Assembly: GCF_009914755.1 (NCBI RefSeq)
Contig: NC_060927.1
Source of the DNA: the human T2T-CHM13v2.0 reference genome, Homo sapiens
Length of the DNA stretch: 64,000 nt
Reading direction: 5' to 3' (one strand)
How positions within the stretch are numbered: the stretch's first letter is position 1; every line of letters begins with the position of its first letter. The position numbers were made by a program, and so were the translations under genes. Below are positions 27,053 through 40,625 of this stretch, in pieces. The notes beneath the pieces were generated by a model. That model was given only the letters and a program-made list of their open reading frames with translations. It was not told the origin of the DNA and searched no databases.

Positions 27053-28069
27053 TTACAATTTGTCATGTTTTTGCCGTGGCTGGTACTGGTTGTTCCTTTC
27101 CATGTTTAGTGCTTCCTTCAGGAGCTCTTTTAGGGCAGACCTGGTGGTGACAAAATCTCTCAGCATTTGCTTGTCTGTAAAGGATTTTATTTCTCCTTCA
27201 CTTATGAAGCTTAGTTTGGCTGGATATGAAATTCTGGGTTGAAAATTATTTTCTTTAATAATGTTGAATATTGGCCCCCACTCTCTTCTGGCTTGTAGAG
27301 TTTCTGCGGAGAAATCAGCTGTTAGTCTGATGGGCTTCCCTTTGTGGCTAACCTGACCTTTCTCTCTGGCTGCCCTTAACATTTTTTCCTTCATTTCAAC
27401 TTTGGTGAATCTGACAATGATGTGTCTTGGAGTTGCTCTTCTGGAGGAGTATCTTTGTGGCGTTCTCTGTATTTCCTGAATCTGAATGTTGGCCTGCCTT
27501 GCTAGATTGGGGAAGTTCTCCTGGATAATATCCTGCAGAGTGTTTTCCAACTTGGTTCCATTCTCCCCATCACTTTCAGGTACACCAATCAGACGTAGAT
27601 TTGGTCTTTTCACATAGTCCCATATTTCTTGGAGGCTTTCTTCATTTCTTTTTATTCTTTTTTCTCTAAACTTTTCTTGTCGCTTCATTTCATTCATTTG
27701 ATCTTCCATCACTGACACCCTTTCTTCCAGTTGATCGAATCGGCTACTGAGGCTTGTGTATTCATCACGTAGTTCTTGTGCCTTGGTTTTCAGCTCCATC
27801 AGGTCCTTTAAGGACTTCTCTGCATTGGTTATTCTAGTTAGCCATTCGTCTAATTTTTTTTCAAGGTTTTTAACTTCTTTGCCATGGGTTTGAACTTCCT
27901 CCTTTAGCTCAGAGTAGTTTGATTGTCTGAAGCCTTCTTTTCTCAACTCGTCAAAGTCATTCTCCGTCCAGCTTTGTTCCGTTGCTGGTGAGAAGCTGCA
28001 TTCCTTTAGAGGAGGAGAGGCACTCTGATTTTTAGAGTTTCCAGTTTTTCTGTTCTGTTTTTTCCCCAT
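27053..28069 (-). CDS. LINE-1 ORF1p (RNA-binding nucleic acid chaperone), intact 338 aa
   Basis: Full-length ORF MGKKQNRKTGNSK..., with coiled coil, RRM and CTD. REKG, ARREW and YPAKLS motifs are retained. Confidence 0.92.
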   Translation of the reverse strand: MGKKQNRKTGNSKNQSASPPLKECSFSPATEQSWTENDFDELRKEGFRQSNYSELKEEVQTHGKEVKNLEKKLDEWLTRITNAEKSLKDLMELKTKAQELRDEYTSLSSRFDQLEERVSVMEDQMNEMKRQEKFREKRIKRNEESLQEIWDYVKRPNLRLIGVPESDGENGTKLENTLQDIIQENFPNLARQANIQIQEIQRTPQRYSSRRATPRHIIVRFTKVEMKEKMLRAAREKGQVSHKGKPIRLTADFSAETLQARREWGPIFNIIKENNFQPRISYPAKLSFISEGEIKSFTDKQMLRDFVTTRSALKELLKEALNMERNNQYQPRQKHDKL

Positions 28070-29079
28070 CTTTGTGGTTTTATCTACCTTTGGTCTTTGA
28101 TGATGGTGATGTACAGATGAGGTTTTGGTGTGGATGTCCTTTCTGTTTGTTAGTTTTCCTTGTAACAGTCAGGACCCTCAGCTGCAGGTCTGTTGGAGTT
28201 TGCTGGAGGTGCACTCCAGACCCTGTTTGCCTGGGTATCAGCAGCGGAGGCTGCAGAACAGTGGATATTGGTGAACAGCAAATGTTGCTGCCTGATAGTT
28301 CCTCTGGAAGTTTTATCTCAGAGGCATACCTGGCCATGTGAGGTGTCAGTCTGCCCCTACTCGGGGGTTCCTCCCAGTTAGGCTACTCAGGGGTCAGGGA
28401 CCCACTTGAGGCAGTTTGTTGGTTCTCAGATCTCAAGCTGCATGCTGGGAGAACCACTACTCTCTTCAAAGCTGTCAGACAGGGACATTTAAGTCTCCAG
28501 AGGTTTCTGCTGCCTTTTGTTTGGCTATGCCCTGCCCCCCAGAGGTGGAGTCTACAGAGACAGGCAGGCCTCCGTGAGCTGCAGTGGGCTCCACCCAGTT
28601 TGAGCTTCCCAGCTGCTTTGTTTACCTACTCTAGCCTCAGCAATGGAGGGCGCCCCTCCTCCAGCCTTGCTGCCACCTTGTAGTTTGATCTCAGACTGCT
28701 GTGCTAGCAATAAGCGAGGCTCCGTTGGTGTAGGATCCTCCGAGCCAGGCGTGGGATATAATCTCCTGGTGTGCCGTTTGCTAAGACTGTTGGAAAAGCG
28801 CAGTATTAGGGTGGGAGTGACCTGATCTTCCAGGTGCCATCTGTCACCCCTTTCTTTGACTAGGAAAGGGAATTCCCTGACCCCTTGCGCTTCCCAGGTG
28901 AGGCGATGCCTCGCCCTGCTTCAGCTCACGGTCGGTGTACTGCACCCACTGTCCGATACTCCTCAGTGAGATGAACCCGGTACCTCAGTTGGAAATGCAG
29001 AAATCACCCGTCTTCTGCATCGCTCACACTGGGAGCTGTAGACTGGAGCTGTTCCTATTCGGCCATCTTGGCTCCACCC
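28070..29079 (-). promoter_or_regulatory. L1 5'UTR: internal sense promoter (YY1 site 29061-29070) and antisense promoter
   Basis: YY1 motif CAAGATGGCC is intact. GC-rich 5'UTR. Whether the promoter is active cannot be seen from sequence. Confidence 0.7.
28643..28825 (+). pseudogene. LINE-1 antisense ORF0, truncated to 60 aa
   Basis: MEGAPPPALLPPCSLISDCCASN...RVGVT* matches primate L1 ORF0 (MAGAPPPASLPPCSLISDCCASN...). A TGA replaces the Arg codon after GVT. Confidence 0.88.
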
Positions 29080-29664
29080 GACTATAATCCTTTTATGCCA
29101 TGGACTGACTCTATCTCCCTGTAATGAAAAGCCTCCATTTCCTTGGGTAGATAAACATCCTTTCAGTCAGGCCTTCTCTCTGAGCACATGCAGGAAGGAG
29201 CCTCCTCTTCCTCCTTCCTCTTGAGGACTCAGGTATGTCTCCCACCCTTACCCTCCTCTTGAAACTGGAGGGAGAGGGCTACTGGGCACACCTGCACATA
29301 TTGAGTACTCTGCAAGAAGAGGTGCTGTATTCAAGAGTCGAGACCATGGATTTGTATTAAATACACAAGTAAAAATATTGAACAGATGAAGAATAAATAC
29401 TATCTTGTGAATTTTTATAATGAACAGATTGATTTAATACTAAAATCTTGGCCGTAAAGGAATACCACATTGTTTTCATTCAACCTGCATGCTAGACAGT
29501 GGACATTACCTGAGTAGGGCTGAATCAGTTACCTATAGAACTGAAGACAATGTCCTCAGTTAAGACAGACTATGGCTTCAGTTCCTTTGTCTAAAAACAA
29601 GATTGTGTTTACGAGACAATTTTATATACATTTATTTTATTAATGTGCTTCCTATAAGTATACT

Positions 29665-29725
29665 GTATGTGTATACACACATATATACATCTACACACAC
29701 ACACACGCACACACATATACACATA
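29665..29725. repeat. (TG/TA/CA)n compound microsatellite
   Basis: Read directly from the sequence. Confidence 0.8.
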
Positions 29726-29882
29726 ACATTATATAAGAGCAAGTTAGCTTAATCATCTCTTTATGTATACAGTAAGCATTTACTGAACTGCTGTGTGCCA
29801 GGCTGTGTGGGGATTTCAGGATAAATTATTCTTGGTTCCTACACTTAAAGAGTCATGGTCTGATGGAGAACACATTCTAGCC

Positions 29883-29935
29883 AAAAAAAAAAAAAAAAAC
29901 CAAAAAAAAAAAAAAAAACAAACAGAAACACAAAA
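29883..29935. repeat. A-rich tract (two long A runs separated by CC, then CAAA-type units)
   Basis: Read directly from the sequence. Confidence 0.85.
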
Positions 29936-30500
29936 CATGAGCTGTACCCATCCATTTGTTCCTGTGAAGGAATTTACTTGCAAAAGAGCTATCTACAATC
30001 TTGTATACATTTAAGTAATTATTTGGCGTAGTCACTATTTCAGAAATCTAAAACATGGCAATAATTATTATATATCTTTCAATTACAGCATTGAGCTACC
30101 TGCTATCATAAAGCTCTGGGTCATTTTCACTGGGGATCTTATATTAGGAATTTAACAATTTGCAGCAATGTCTATCCATACTTAATGATATTTATCATTT
30201 AGTATCAGTGTACATTTCTTATTCACTGAAAGAAATTTAGATTTTAAAAATCTTTTATGGCCAGAGAACAGACTGGGGAGAGGACTAGGAGATAGCTCAT
30301 TTTTGGGGACAATTCATAGATTCTTATTAAAAGCTGGTGAAAACTGTTTCCCAAAAATATATACATAAATATCAAATTTTACTTCCAATTTCAGGAGGTC
30401 AGAGATAGTCTAAAGCCCATATGTGAACCTCTGGGCTCCAAATAAAGAACTTATGCATCATGGGATATCATGGAAATGGTATTTCAAGTAGTGAAAAATC

Positions 30501-30726
30501 CATGCTTTGCAAAGTTTTTCTGTAAAGGGCCAGATAGAAAATGTGTTAGTTTTATGAGCCATAAAGGTCTCTGTCACAACTGTTTAACTCTGCTGTTGTA
30601 CTGCAAAAACAGGCATAAACAATAGGTTTACGAATGGGCATGGCTGGATTCTAATAAAGCCTTATTTACAAAAACAGGCAGTGGGTAGGATTTGGGCCTA
30701 CAGGCTATATAGTTCAATGACCCATG
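30501..30726. mobile_element. MER58A hAT-Charlie MITE
   Basis: tttttctgtaaagggccagatag ... tctctgtcacaactgtttaactctgc ... aataaagccttatttacaaaaacaggcagtggg. Confidence 0.8.
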
Positions 30727-30789
30727 CCTTAGTGAAAGGAACTGTGAAGTAGACAATGCTTGAGGTTCTTATGAAAATTCCTGCCAATT

Positions 30790-31530
30790 TTTCTCCTAAA
30801 TAGCTTTGAATCTACCTTTCTCACCATCTCCCCTTCCACCACCAAGGTCTAAGCAACTATCTTGGCTTGTGTCATCTGTAGCAAAAGCTCTTACTTGATC
30901 TCCTCATATTCACTCATCCTGGCTTCATTTCTCCTCTGTTCTCCACACTATAGCCAAAATTACTTGATAATATGTCCATCTCTTGTTTCAAAGTGTCTTC
31001 CCAGTGTCATCGGGAAGCCATCATCCTCAGGAGAAAGACCAGGACCATTACCTTAGCCTTTGAGGCTTTCCATAGACTAGTCTCTACGTATTTTTCCAAC
31101 CTCATGTGGTACAATGTTCCATCACACTCCCTATGCTCTGGCCACGCTGGTCTTCTCTGTTCCTAGAGTGTGCCATGCTCCCTACCATCACTGGGCCTTT
31201 GCCCAGGCTGTGCCCCCTTGTCTAGACCATGCTTTCCTCCCCTCTTTCTACTGTCCCTTGGCCTGGTGAATTCATACCCAGCCTTTGTATTTTGGCTAAA
31301 GCATCACACTCTTGGGAAATCTTCGCTGACATCCCCTCTTCAATCTAGTCGAGCTCCTTTCACTCCTTCTTTTAGAGCAACTGTGATCTTCTCGTTAAGA
31401 GCTCTCGTCTCAGCTCATAATTACAACCTCGTTTGTTTGATCATTTGATGAATGTCGCAACCCCATTAGACTCTAGCTCCTAGTAGAGTTCCTGGCACAC
31501 AGTAGCTGCTCCCTCAATATTTGCCAAATG
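30790..31530 (+). mobile_element. L2 LINE 3' relic
   Basis: Pyrimidine-rich L2 body ending cctggcacacagtagctgctccctcaatatttgccaaatg. Confidence 0.7.
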
Positions 31531-31959
31531 TATGACTATTGAAATAGTGTCTTTCTTAGCCAAGAATACTGAGTGGTACTTGATATTGAAAGTCTCCATA
31601 ACAATAAATAATGCTGCTGTTGTAACCCACTCTGCATTCTTCTTTCATCTTGCTCTTTCTCCCCTTGCTAAAAGCATGCTTTTGTTTCCTTACCATGTAT
31701 TCAATATACACACACAGGTCAGGGACACACACCTGCTTCTTTATAGCCAAGAAAGAAAAATTTAATTTTCTACCTCAGGAAGCAGAATGTTTATTCAGAA
31801 ACATATTTACTAGCTTAAAAAAACTAAGAAAATTTGTGTTCCTTTTTTAAAAAACTAAAACATATAGAAAGTGCTCTCAATAGCATTTCTTCATAGAATT
31901 CATCTCCCACTTCAAGAAGGGATCTTAAAATATAAGTTGGGAACTCTTTTGCATATCTC

Positions 31960-32100
31960 TTTTTTTCCTATGTTTAAAACTTTCTGTAGAGACAGGGTCT
32001 TGCTATGTTTCCCAGCCTGGACTCTAACTCCTAGCTTCAAGCGATTCTCCCACCTCAGCCTCCCAAAGTGTTGGGATTACAGGTGTGGACCACCATGCCC
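31960..32100 (-). mobile_element. Alu monomer (FLAM_C or AluJ left arm)
   Basis: gtagagacagggtcttgctatgtttcccagcctgg ... cctcccaaagtgttgggattacaggtgtg, single arm only. Confidence 0.85.
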
Positions 32101-33304
32101 TCTTTCATATATCTCTGGACTTGAATAAGTATTAAGATGCTGTTGTTTAATTTTTGTTTGTTTTCCTCAGAAGTCTCTAACCAGATTCTTAATATTGAAG
32201 AATAACCCCCATTGATGTTCTGAAACCCTTCCACAACATTCCCACCAAGTGTTTATCTAATCTATGCTTGATTACCATCAGAAACTGTCTACCTACTGCT
32301 TTCAAATATCACATTTCATCTTCAAGTAGTTTTGGCTGTTCAACAGTTTTTCCTCATGTTGAGGTAAAATCCATTTTCCTTTTACTTGTATGCGTTTCTC
32401 CTACCCTTACCCCTTATGGCTAAGGAATAATTCTAATCTTTTTTCAAGATACAGTAGGAGAGAGCTAAGGGACTGTTCAAGACTCCCTCCTCCCCCTTCT
32501 CCTTGGAATAGCCACCTCTAAGCACATGGCTTTCTGGAGCAGATTGGTCCAGAGGTGGACACCCAACCTAATAAGGGCCAGCTGCTGTGCTTCCCTGGAA
32601 CTTCTCAAACTGGATCTGAAAAAGAGAGATTCTCACAATGAAGATGGGAGCTAAACAAAGTGAAATTCAGATGCCACTGGTGATCCCATTTCCTGTCACA
32701 TGGAGGAAGCCACTCTGAAGAGAGAATGAGGAAGTTTAAAATCTGGATTCTAGGGGAATGAAACAGTATTGGCACCACTGAATTAATTGGAAAACTGGGA
32801 AGAGGAAACCAGTTTGGGATGATGGAAGTGCTTGGTTTAACACGAGCGGGAATCTGAGGTCTTGAAAGTTTCTCCATGTGGCGATGTGCTGGAAATATTT
32901 AGGGATACCTTACTAAGTCTTACACTTAGCTCTTGAATATGTGTCTCCAAACCCATTGCCATTATCCTAGTCTATGTTTCTAGCACCGCTCCCATGCTCT
33001 TCCTCTAGCCAATCTGGTCTCTATATAATCCAAACCAGAGTAAGCTTTTCAAAATTTGTTTTTACGGTAAAATCCCAAATTACCACATTGGCTTAAAGCC
33101 TTGACTAGCCTGGTTCTATTGCCCCAGCATTTTTTGTATCTTTCCCTTACAGTCACCACCACACTCCCCTCAGGCTTCACATGAAAGCCACATCCGTAGT
33201 CTCTCTTCTTACAATGGCCTAGTTGACTCTCTTTATCCTCAAGTCTTCAGCTTTCAGCTCAAATGTTACTTTAGAGGAGCCTTGCTTGAGTTCTAAGTCT
33301 ACCA

Positions 33305-33775
33305 CAAGTTCTCCCAGTCAATATCCCAGCAGGAAACACTTGGCATACTCACATTAGGAGGAACTGGGGAGAATTTGAGGGAGGGCTTATAAAAAGGTAA
33401 GAACAGGCAGGGGATCCAAATGGAACCGTATGAATACCAGGGCTGCTGCCACCCTTAGACCTTAAGGGAAAAGGAAGGGGCAGTGGCCAGACCCAGAAAG
33501 CAAAAGGTGTGGAGAGAGGGCCTCCTTGATAGGAGCTGTGACCCTGGGCCGAATTTTGCAGTAAGCCCGAGTTAGTCCTACAGGGAGGGAGATGGGGAAG
33601 AGTGCCCCTGACTTCCTTCTCCCTCCTCCTCTGATCTTCATTGGCTGAGTGCCATCAGAAGCCAGAGGACAAGGAAGTCCATTGATGTAGTTTATGTCTA
33701 TCAGCCTCTCTGGACAGAGAGCAGCATGAAGGGTGGATATAGCAGGGCTGAGAGAAGATGTCCGGAAAGATTCCA
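33305..33775. mobile_element. ERVL-type LTR relic (LTR33-like)
   Basis: tcccagcaggaaacacttggcatactcac and gccagaggacaaggaagtccattgatgtag motifs. Confidence 0.5.
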
Positions 33776-34719
33776 TGGTTACTACAGATCAGTCATCTCA
33801 GTGTGTAATGACCTGCCCATTTGTGTGACTGAATCGTGTCTGGCCATCATGTCTGACTTCTTCACATATTGAATTCTCAATAAATGTTTGCTGAATGAAT
33901 GCTCTCAGGAGGGCCAGGGCTAAAAGAGAAAGACATATAGATGAGAGCAAAAAGATGGGAAAATGGATGAGTTCTCTGAGGAAGAACTTGTAAGGAGAAG
34001 GTCAGGAGAGCATGCTCTGAGAGTGGCGGGAGGAATAACAGGAGCTGAAAAGGCAGCTAGTTGAGAATGACATGAGAATTACGCTTGCCAGACATGTCTC
34101 CCCTCCTAAAAGTGCTCCCAGAGGATGTTTACATTATCGTGACATCTGGAATAGGATCACATCTCTACCATAGCAAAAGGCGGGAAACACGATGCATAAA
34201 CAACTACTACTGTGTTTTCATCTCACATCAATCCAGGTTTATATGGAGGTATGCAATAAACACTCATACAAATGGGAAATCATACTCTTTCTTCTGGTTT
34301 CTACAAAATCACCTCTCCTGCCTATGTCTTTATTAGATAAATCCACAAAACAGAGAGGATCCAGTTTCCCACAAGTGCTCAGTGCTCTAAGAAACCACAA
34401 GCACCATCTTCTCTATACTCTATTAAATATACTTTATATGTTCTCTGCAGAATATCTTTCTATCTTTCCTGTATGCCAGTACTTTCCCTCAGGTTAAGAA
34501 AATATTAATGACAAAGCATCTTGGGACTATTTTCTAGACACTGAACTATTACATATGTAGATAATTCAACTCTGGAGGCACAAATCCAGACATCAGGCAT
34601 TGAACTCAAGAATACGTGAACAGTAATATCCCATCTACTTGAGATAATATGAAAGAAAGCTGACCCTTTCCTTTCCTTCTATAGACTGTTATCATCATAG
34701 TTGCTTTATAATTTTACAC

Positions 34720-35320
34720 TTAGTAGATGTTTATCGAGCCCCTGTGCTGTTGCAGACTTTATGCGGGGTACTGAGGAGTAAGACATGGTTCCCGCCTTTG
34801 AGGAATTTGGACTACTGGGAACAGGTCACTAGACCAATATTTATAAGAGAGTGAAGTAAGTGTTAGATAGAGGTAAGCCCAAGGAACCTCTTATAGTCAG
34901 GAGAATAGTTCAGGGAAGGCTTTCTAGCAAAAGTCATGAAAGGGTTATTCCTGAAGGATGAGAATGAGGCAGCCAGATAGTGAAGAGATGGAAGAATATT
35001 CTAGAAGGAACAGCATGAAGTACAGTAGAAAGGTGTGAGAGAGACCTTGGGGTACTCCCAGCAACTGTAGTCAGTTGTTGAAGAAGCAGGATGCTTAGAT
35101 GGCAAACTAAGGAGTTCTTACCTTATTATGAAGGCGCTGGGGACCTACTGAAGGATTTTAAGATAGAAGAATCTTGGATTTGCATTTGAGAAAGCTCACA
35201 GTGGCAGTGGTGGGAGACTGAATTAGTGGAGAATAAGATAGGGACCAGGAAGGTCAGTTAGGTGCTTGTTTTTGTGTAATTTAGGCAAAATAGAATAGTG
35301 TTATTGTGGGAATTTAGTAC
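34720..35320 (-). mobile_element. L2 LINE relic
   Basis: tttatcgagcccctgtgctg ... ctactgaaggattttaag ... gatttgcatttgagaaagctcac. Confidence 0.6.
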
Positions 35321-35331
35321 ATAGGTGTTTG

Positions 35332-35858
35332 AAATCATTCTGCAATAAAGACACATGCCCACGTATGTTTATCGCGGCACTATTCACAATAGCAAAGACT
35401 TGGAACCAACCCAAATGTCCAACAATGATAGACTGGATTAAGAAAATGTGGCACATATACACCATGGAATACTATGCAGCCATAAAAAAGCATGAGTTCA
35501 TGTCCTTTGCAGGGACATGGATGAAGCTGGAAACTGTCATTCTCAGCAAACTATCACAAGATCACGAACCAAACACTGCGTGTTCTCACTCATAAGTGGG
35601 AGTTGAATAATGAGAACACATGGACACAGGGAGGGGAACATCACACACTGGGGCCTGTTGAGGGGTGGGGGACTAGGGGAGGGATAACATTAGGAGAAAT
35701 ACCTAATGTAGGTGATGGGTTGATGGCTGCAGCAAACCACCATGGCATGTGTATACCTATGTAACAAACCTGCATATTCTGCACATGTAACCCAGAACTT
35801 AAAGTATAATAAAAAACAAAAAAAAACAAGCAAAAAACAAAAACAAACAAAAAAGAAA
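35332..35858 (+). mobile_element. 5'-truncated LINE-1 3' end (L1PA6/7-type) with an A-rich (CAAAA)-patterned tail
   Basis: ORF2 C-terminus (ORF 35329..35595) and 3'UTR GGAGAAATACCTAATGTAGGTGATGGG. No clear TSD. Confidence 0.9.
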
Positions 35859-35910
35859 CATAGAGCCTTCCCGTTAACAATATCCATTTCCCAGTGTGTC
35901 AAAATAACGT

Positions 35911-36487
35911 TATAAGGGGATCGGAACAAGCTACCCCCAAATATGCCATATTAGCATATTGAGTTTGAGCTAAAGACCATTGGGAAACAGTAGATGCAAG
36001 AAGAGCTCTCTGACCTTCTACTTTGTCCTTAAAAACAGGGCATAAATTTTCCCTGAGAAGGACATTCTTCCTGTACCAGGAGAGGAGAACATTCTTATCA
36101 CCAGAGATGGGGAGGTAACACTGAGATCAATCTCTACGAACAAATCTTACTAAAACAATCCCTGTCTTCCATTAGTTTTCCCCATACATTTCTTAATCAC
36201 ATCCCCACAATTTGCTGCCCCTAGCCCAAACCCCATTTCCTGTTGTCTTGTCACATCTCCACGACTTATCTCTCATCGTTATAATGGTATATAGTCTTCT
36301 GGGTCTAGCCCTTCTTTGAGTCTTAATTTCTTTTCTATGAAGACTTCCATGCACATGTAAAAATTAAAATATTAACATCAAGTAAAATTTGCGTGCTTTT
36401 CTCCTGTTAATTTTTCTTTTGTTAGTTTGACTCATGGACCCCAGCAACAGAAACTAAGAAGGCAGAGAAAGTCTTTCCTCCCCTTCA
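35911..36487 (+). mobile_element. MER34-family ERV1 solo LTR
   Basis: Start acccccaaatatgcc ... tgagctaaagaccatt ... gatgcaagaagagctctctgacc, end tttcctccccttca. Homologous to the LTRs at 40626 and 50117. Confidence 0.7.
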
Positions 36488-36734
36488 CAATGCACAGAAA
36501 TTTCCAGAGAAATTTTGTTTCTTGTTTTTGTCATTCTGTGAGAGCGAGGATCTTAAGTGATGGCAGTTTGCCTCAAGGGTCTTACACTCTAATAAGGAAT
36601 ATTTTAGATTATTTTTATGTGTCTCATAGTTATTGAGTGTCTTTGTGCCCAACACTGTGTTGGATATGTAAGGATACTGAACAATTACAAGGCATGGTCC
36701 CAGAAAAGTAGGCACATATGTGAATGTGCAGGTC

Positions 36735-37420
36735 AAAAGAAAAGAAATATAAATGTCCCCAAAATACAGAAAAATGCTTGAGCTTGTATATAATTATAGA
36801 AATACAAATTAAAATAATGATATACTATTGATACATAGTAGCTTGGCAAAAGTTCTAACATTTGATAAAATAGGGTAAAATTAAGGAGATGGGACACTAG
36901 CAGCATATACTGCCAGAGTGTAAATTGGTGAACAGTTTGGTAATATCTTTCAAAATTACCTTTTGACCAAGTAATTCCACTGCTAGAAATTAGCTGTAAA
37001 CACATACTTGCCCTACCTCATAAATATATGCAAATGAAGATGTTTATTACAGCACTGTCTACAGCAACAAAGAGCTGGAAACCACCTAGATAAATGTCCA
37101 TTACCAGGGAACTGGCTGAATAAATTATGGTACACCCAAACAATGAAATAATATCTAGCAGCCAAAGTAGAATGTTGTCAATCTATCTGTACAAATCCAA
37201 AAAATTTAAAAAAGTTGTAGAACAGTATAGTCTTATCCTTTTTATATAGAAAAAATATATGCATAACAATGTATTTTCTAATATATGCATAGAAAATTTC
37301 TGAAGAATGCCCAAGAAACTGTTAACCATAATCACATCTGGCAGTAGAAATGTAGGGTTGGGCATGGGAGGAGTAAGACTTATTTTTTACTTTCTACTTT
37401 TCTATGCTGGTTGAATTTTT
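36735..37420 (+). mobile_element. Ancient L1ME-type 3' fragment
   Basis: gtgtaaattgg ... ttttgaccaagtaattccactgctagaaatt ... tgaataaattatggtaca. Confidence 0.65.
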
Positions 37421-37666
37421 TTTACTCCTTTTTTTTTTTCTTAAAGCAGTTTCTCTCTTTAGGAGCTTCTAATTTGATGAGATCTATAAGAAAACCCTTC
37501 TGAAATACAGCTTCAAAATATCTTTATAAAGTATTTTAGGTGACAAATGCTTATGAAACATAGGTGTTAGATTGGTCCCTTGACCAACTAAGGAGAGAGT
37601 GAAGTGGGTTTTCTTCCTCATACTAACTTGCATGGTCTAAATTGATCCTAGCAGCTTTCACCATTA

Positions 37667-37979
<313 letters not shown>

Positions 37980-39396
37980 TTTTTAAAAAAGTAAACGCCA
38001 ATGATGAAAGCTAAACATTTTGGGTCTTTACAAATATTGCTCATGTTCCTGGAAATTGTCAAGTTTTCATTTGCATAAATAACAGTTACTTTATCTAATG
38101 CTATAGATATGACTAAAACAAGTAGGTGCTAACTTTTTAATTTAATTTTTAAAAATACATCATTCAAGAGCCTGATTTATTAAAAATAATGGTTCCTGGG
38201 CTGATATCTGCAATGTCAGTTCTGTCTATTCAATGATATAACTTGACAAAGAATGTTACAATGGCAAAGCTAGAAGATGCTCTACAATAGAGGGGCAGCC
38301 TAGCTAAAATCTCAGAGGAAACTCATAGACTTTTTCCATTTTAGGAGATATATTTACATGAGTTTGTGAAAAGTTTAATATTATGTTTTAATTTTCCTTT
38401 CAAATTTTTTTTTTTTTAGTTGCTGGAGGATAAAAGGTCTAAACATCATGGAAAACTATACAGTGACTCACTTATCTTTTACCTTTCATTGGAGGGGAAT
38501 CATTTCAGGGGTGAAAATTCTCAAGGAAGTCAGTTTATCTGCTTAAAACAGAAAAAACTAATCAAGCATTGTCTGATTAATTACAGACACTTGAAAAAAA
38601 ATGCTATCAAGGCCTACAGCTGTAATCAATTTAATCAACATGCAAAGAACCAATCTATGGTTTTCTTGATTAACAAAGCTGAATGTTAAACAGTAAAGTG
38701 TGACATTGTAGTGCCACTAGCTAGAGCTACAAATTGAGCATTTTCCCTAAATATTCAAAGTCAGGTCAGGATAAAGTGAAAATTCTTTTACACTTTATTT
38801 CTTATGATGAGGACCGTAGGCGTGAACATTTCAATTCTTCCCCTTGATATTCCCTTGTAGGAAAAATACATTTTATTTAAGTTGTAGAAATGGTTAGTAA
38901 CTTCAGAATGCTTCCATAAAGGCACACACAAAAAATCAACTACCTGGAAAGATCACACAATAAAATAGAAGCACAAGAATGTGATGTGAGACTTCTCAGT
39001 TTAGTGTCATCCTAGTTGGTGATGGAATTCATCAGGAAAAGACACGCCAGGCAAAAAGAGATGAAATGTCCTTATTAGATTTTTAAGATGTGAATGTGAA
39101 GTGCATCTATATACTGTATGATGAGCAAATCAGAAAATTAAATCTGCTTATTTTATTTGCATAAAGTCAATTTAAATGTCAAAATATCTAATACAAGATT
39201 GGTTTATTAATGGTGTGTTTCTCACTCTTAAAAATCACAGTTTTAGCTATAAAGTGATGGCTATATTTTGTGTGGCCAAACGCTGTCTGGAGTTTTATCT
39301 GTTAAAACAGCAATTCTCAATCTTTTGAGGGTAAAGATCCATTCTCTTTTTGTTCTTAAAATTTAGTAAAAGCACAAATAAATACTTGCTAACTAT

Positions 39397-39840
39397 TGTA
39401 AACCCAGACAATCTGAGACAGGTCTCAGTTAACTTAGAAGGTTTATTTTGCCAAGGTTGAGGATGTGCACCCATGACGCAGCCTCAGGAAGTCCTGACGA
39501 CGTGTGTCCAAGGTGGTCGGGGCACAGCTTGGTTTTATACATTTTAAGGAGACATGAGACATCAATCAATATGAGTAAGACATACGTTGGTTCTGTCCAG
39601 AAAGGCGAGGACAACTAGAAGCAAGGAGGGGGCTTTCAGGTCACAGGTAGGTGAGAGACAAATGCTTGCCTTCTTTTGAGTGTCTGATAAGCTTTTCCAA
39701 AGTAGACAATCAGAATATGCATCTATTTCAGTGAGCAGAGGGATCACTTTGAATAGAATGAGAGGCAGGTGTGCCCTGAGAAGTTTTCAGCTTGAATTTT
39801 CCTTAGCGATTTTGGGGGCTCAAGATAATTTCCTTTCACA
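39397..39840 (-). mobile_element. MER4A/MER4A1 ERV1 solo LTR
   Basis: TG...CA termini; flanks ctat/ctag. Largely the reverse complement of the LTR at 41348-41889. Confidence 0.85.
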
Positions 39841-39913
39841 CTAGTGTGATTGCAACACATTAGTTAGCAAGTATTTATTTGCTAACTAACTACCACAAAT
39901 AGTTTCATTATGA

Positions 39914-40452
<539 letters not shown>

Positions 40453-40625
40453 TTCCTCTCCCTTTTCTGAGAACTTGGCGCTTCTTTCCTAAGGGCAACT
40501 CATTTCATGTGGTTTGAGGGGCTAAGCCTCCCTTAACTCCCAATATGGGGGTGAGCATGAGACCCAAGCTGAGCAACAGTCCACTCTTGGAATTTTGCTG
40601 GGTTTATAAGCAGTGAGCATAATGC

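Noticed and set aside
29883-29935. Poly(A) tail of a processed pseudogene
   Set aside because: I see no TSD and no upstream mRNA-like sequence; the left flank resembles an L2 relic.
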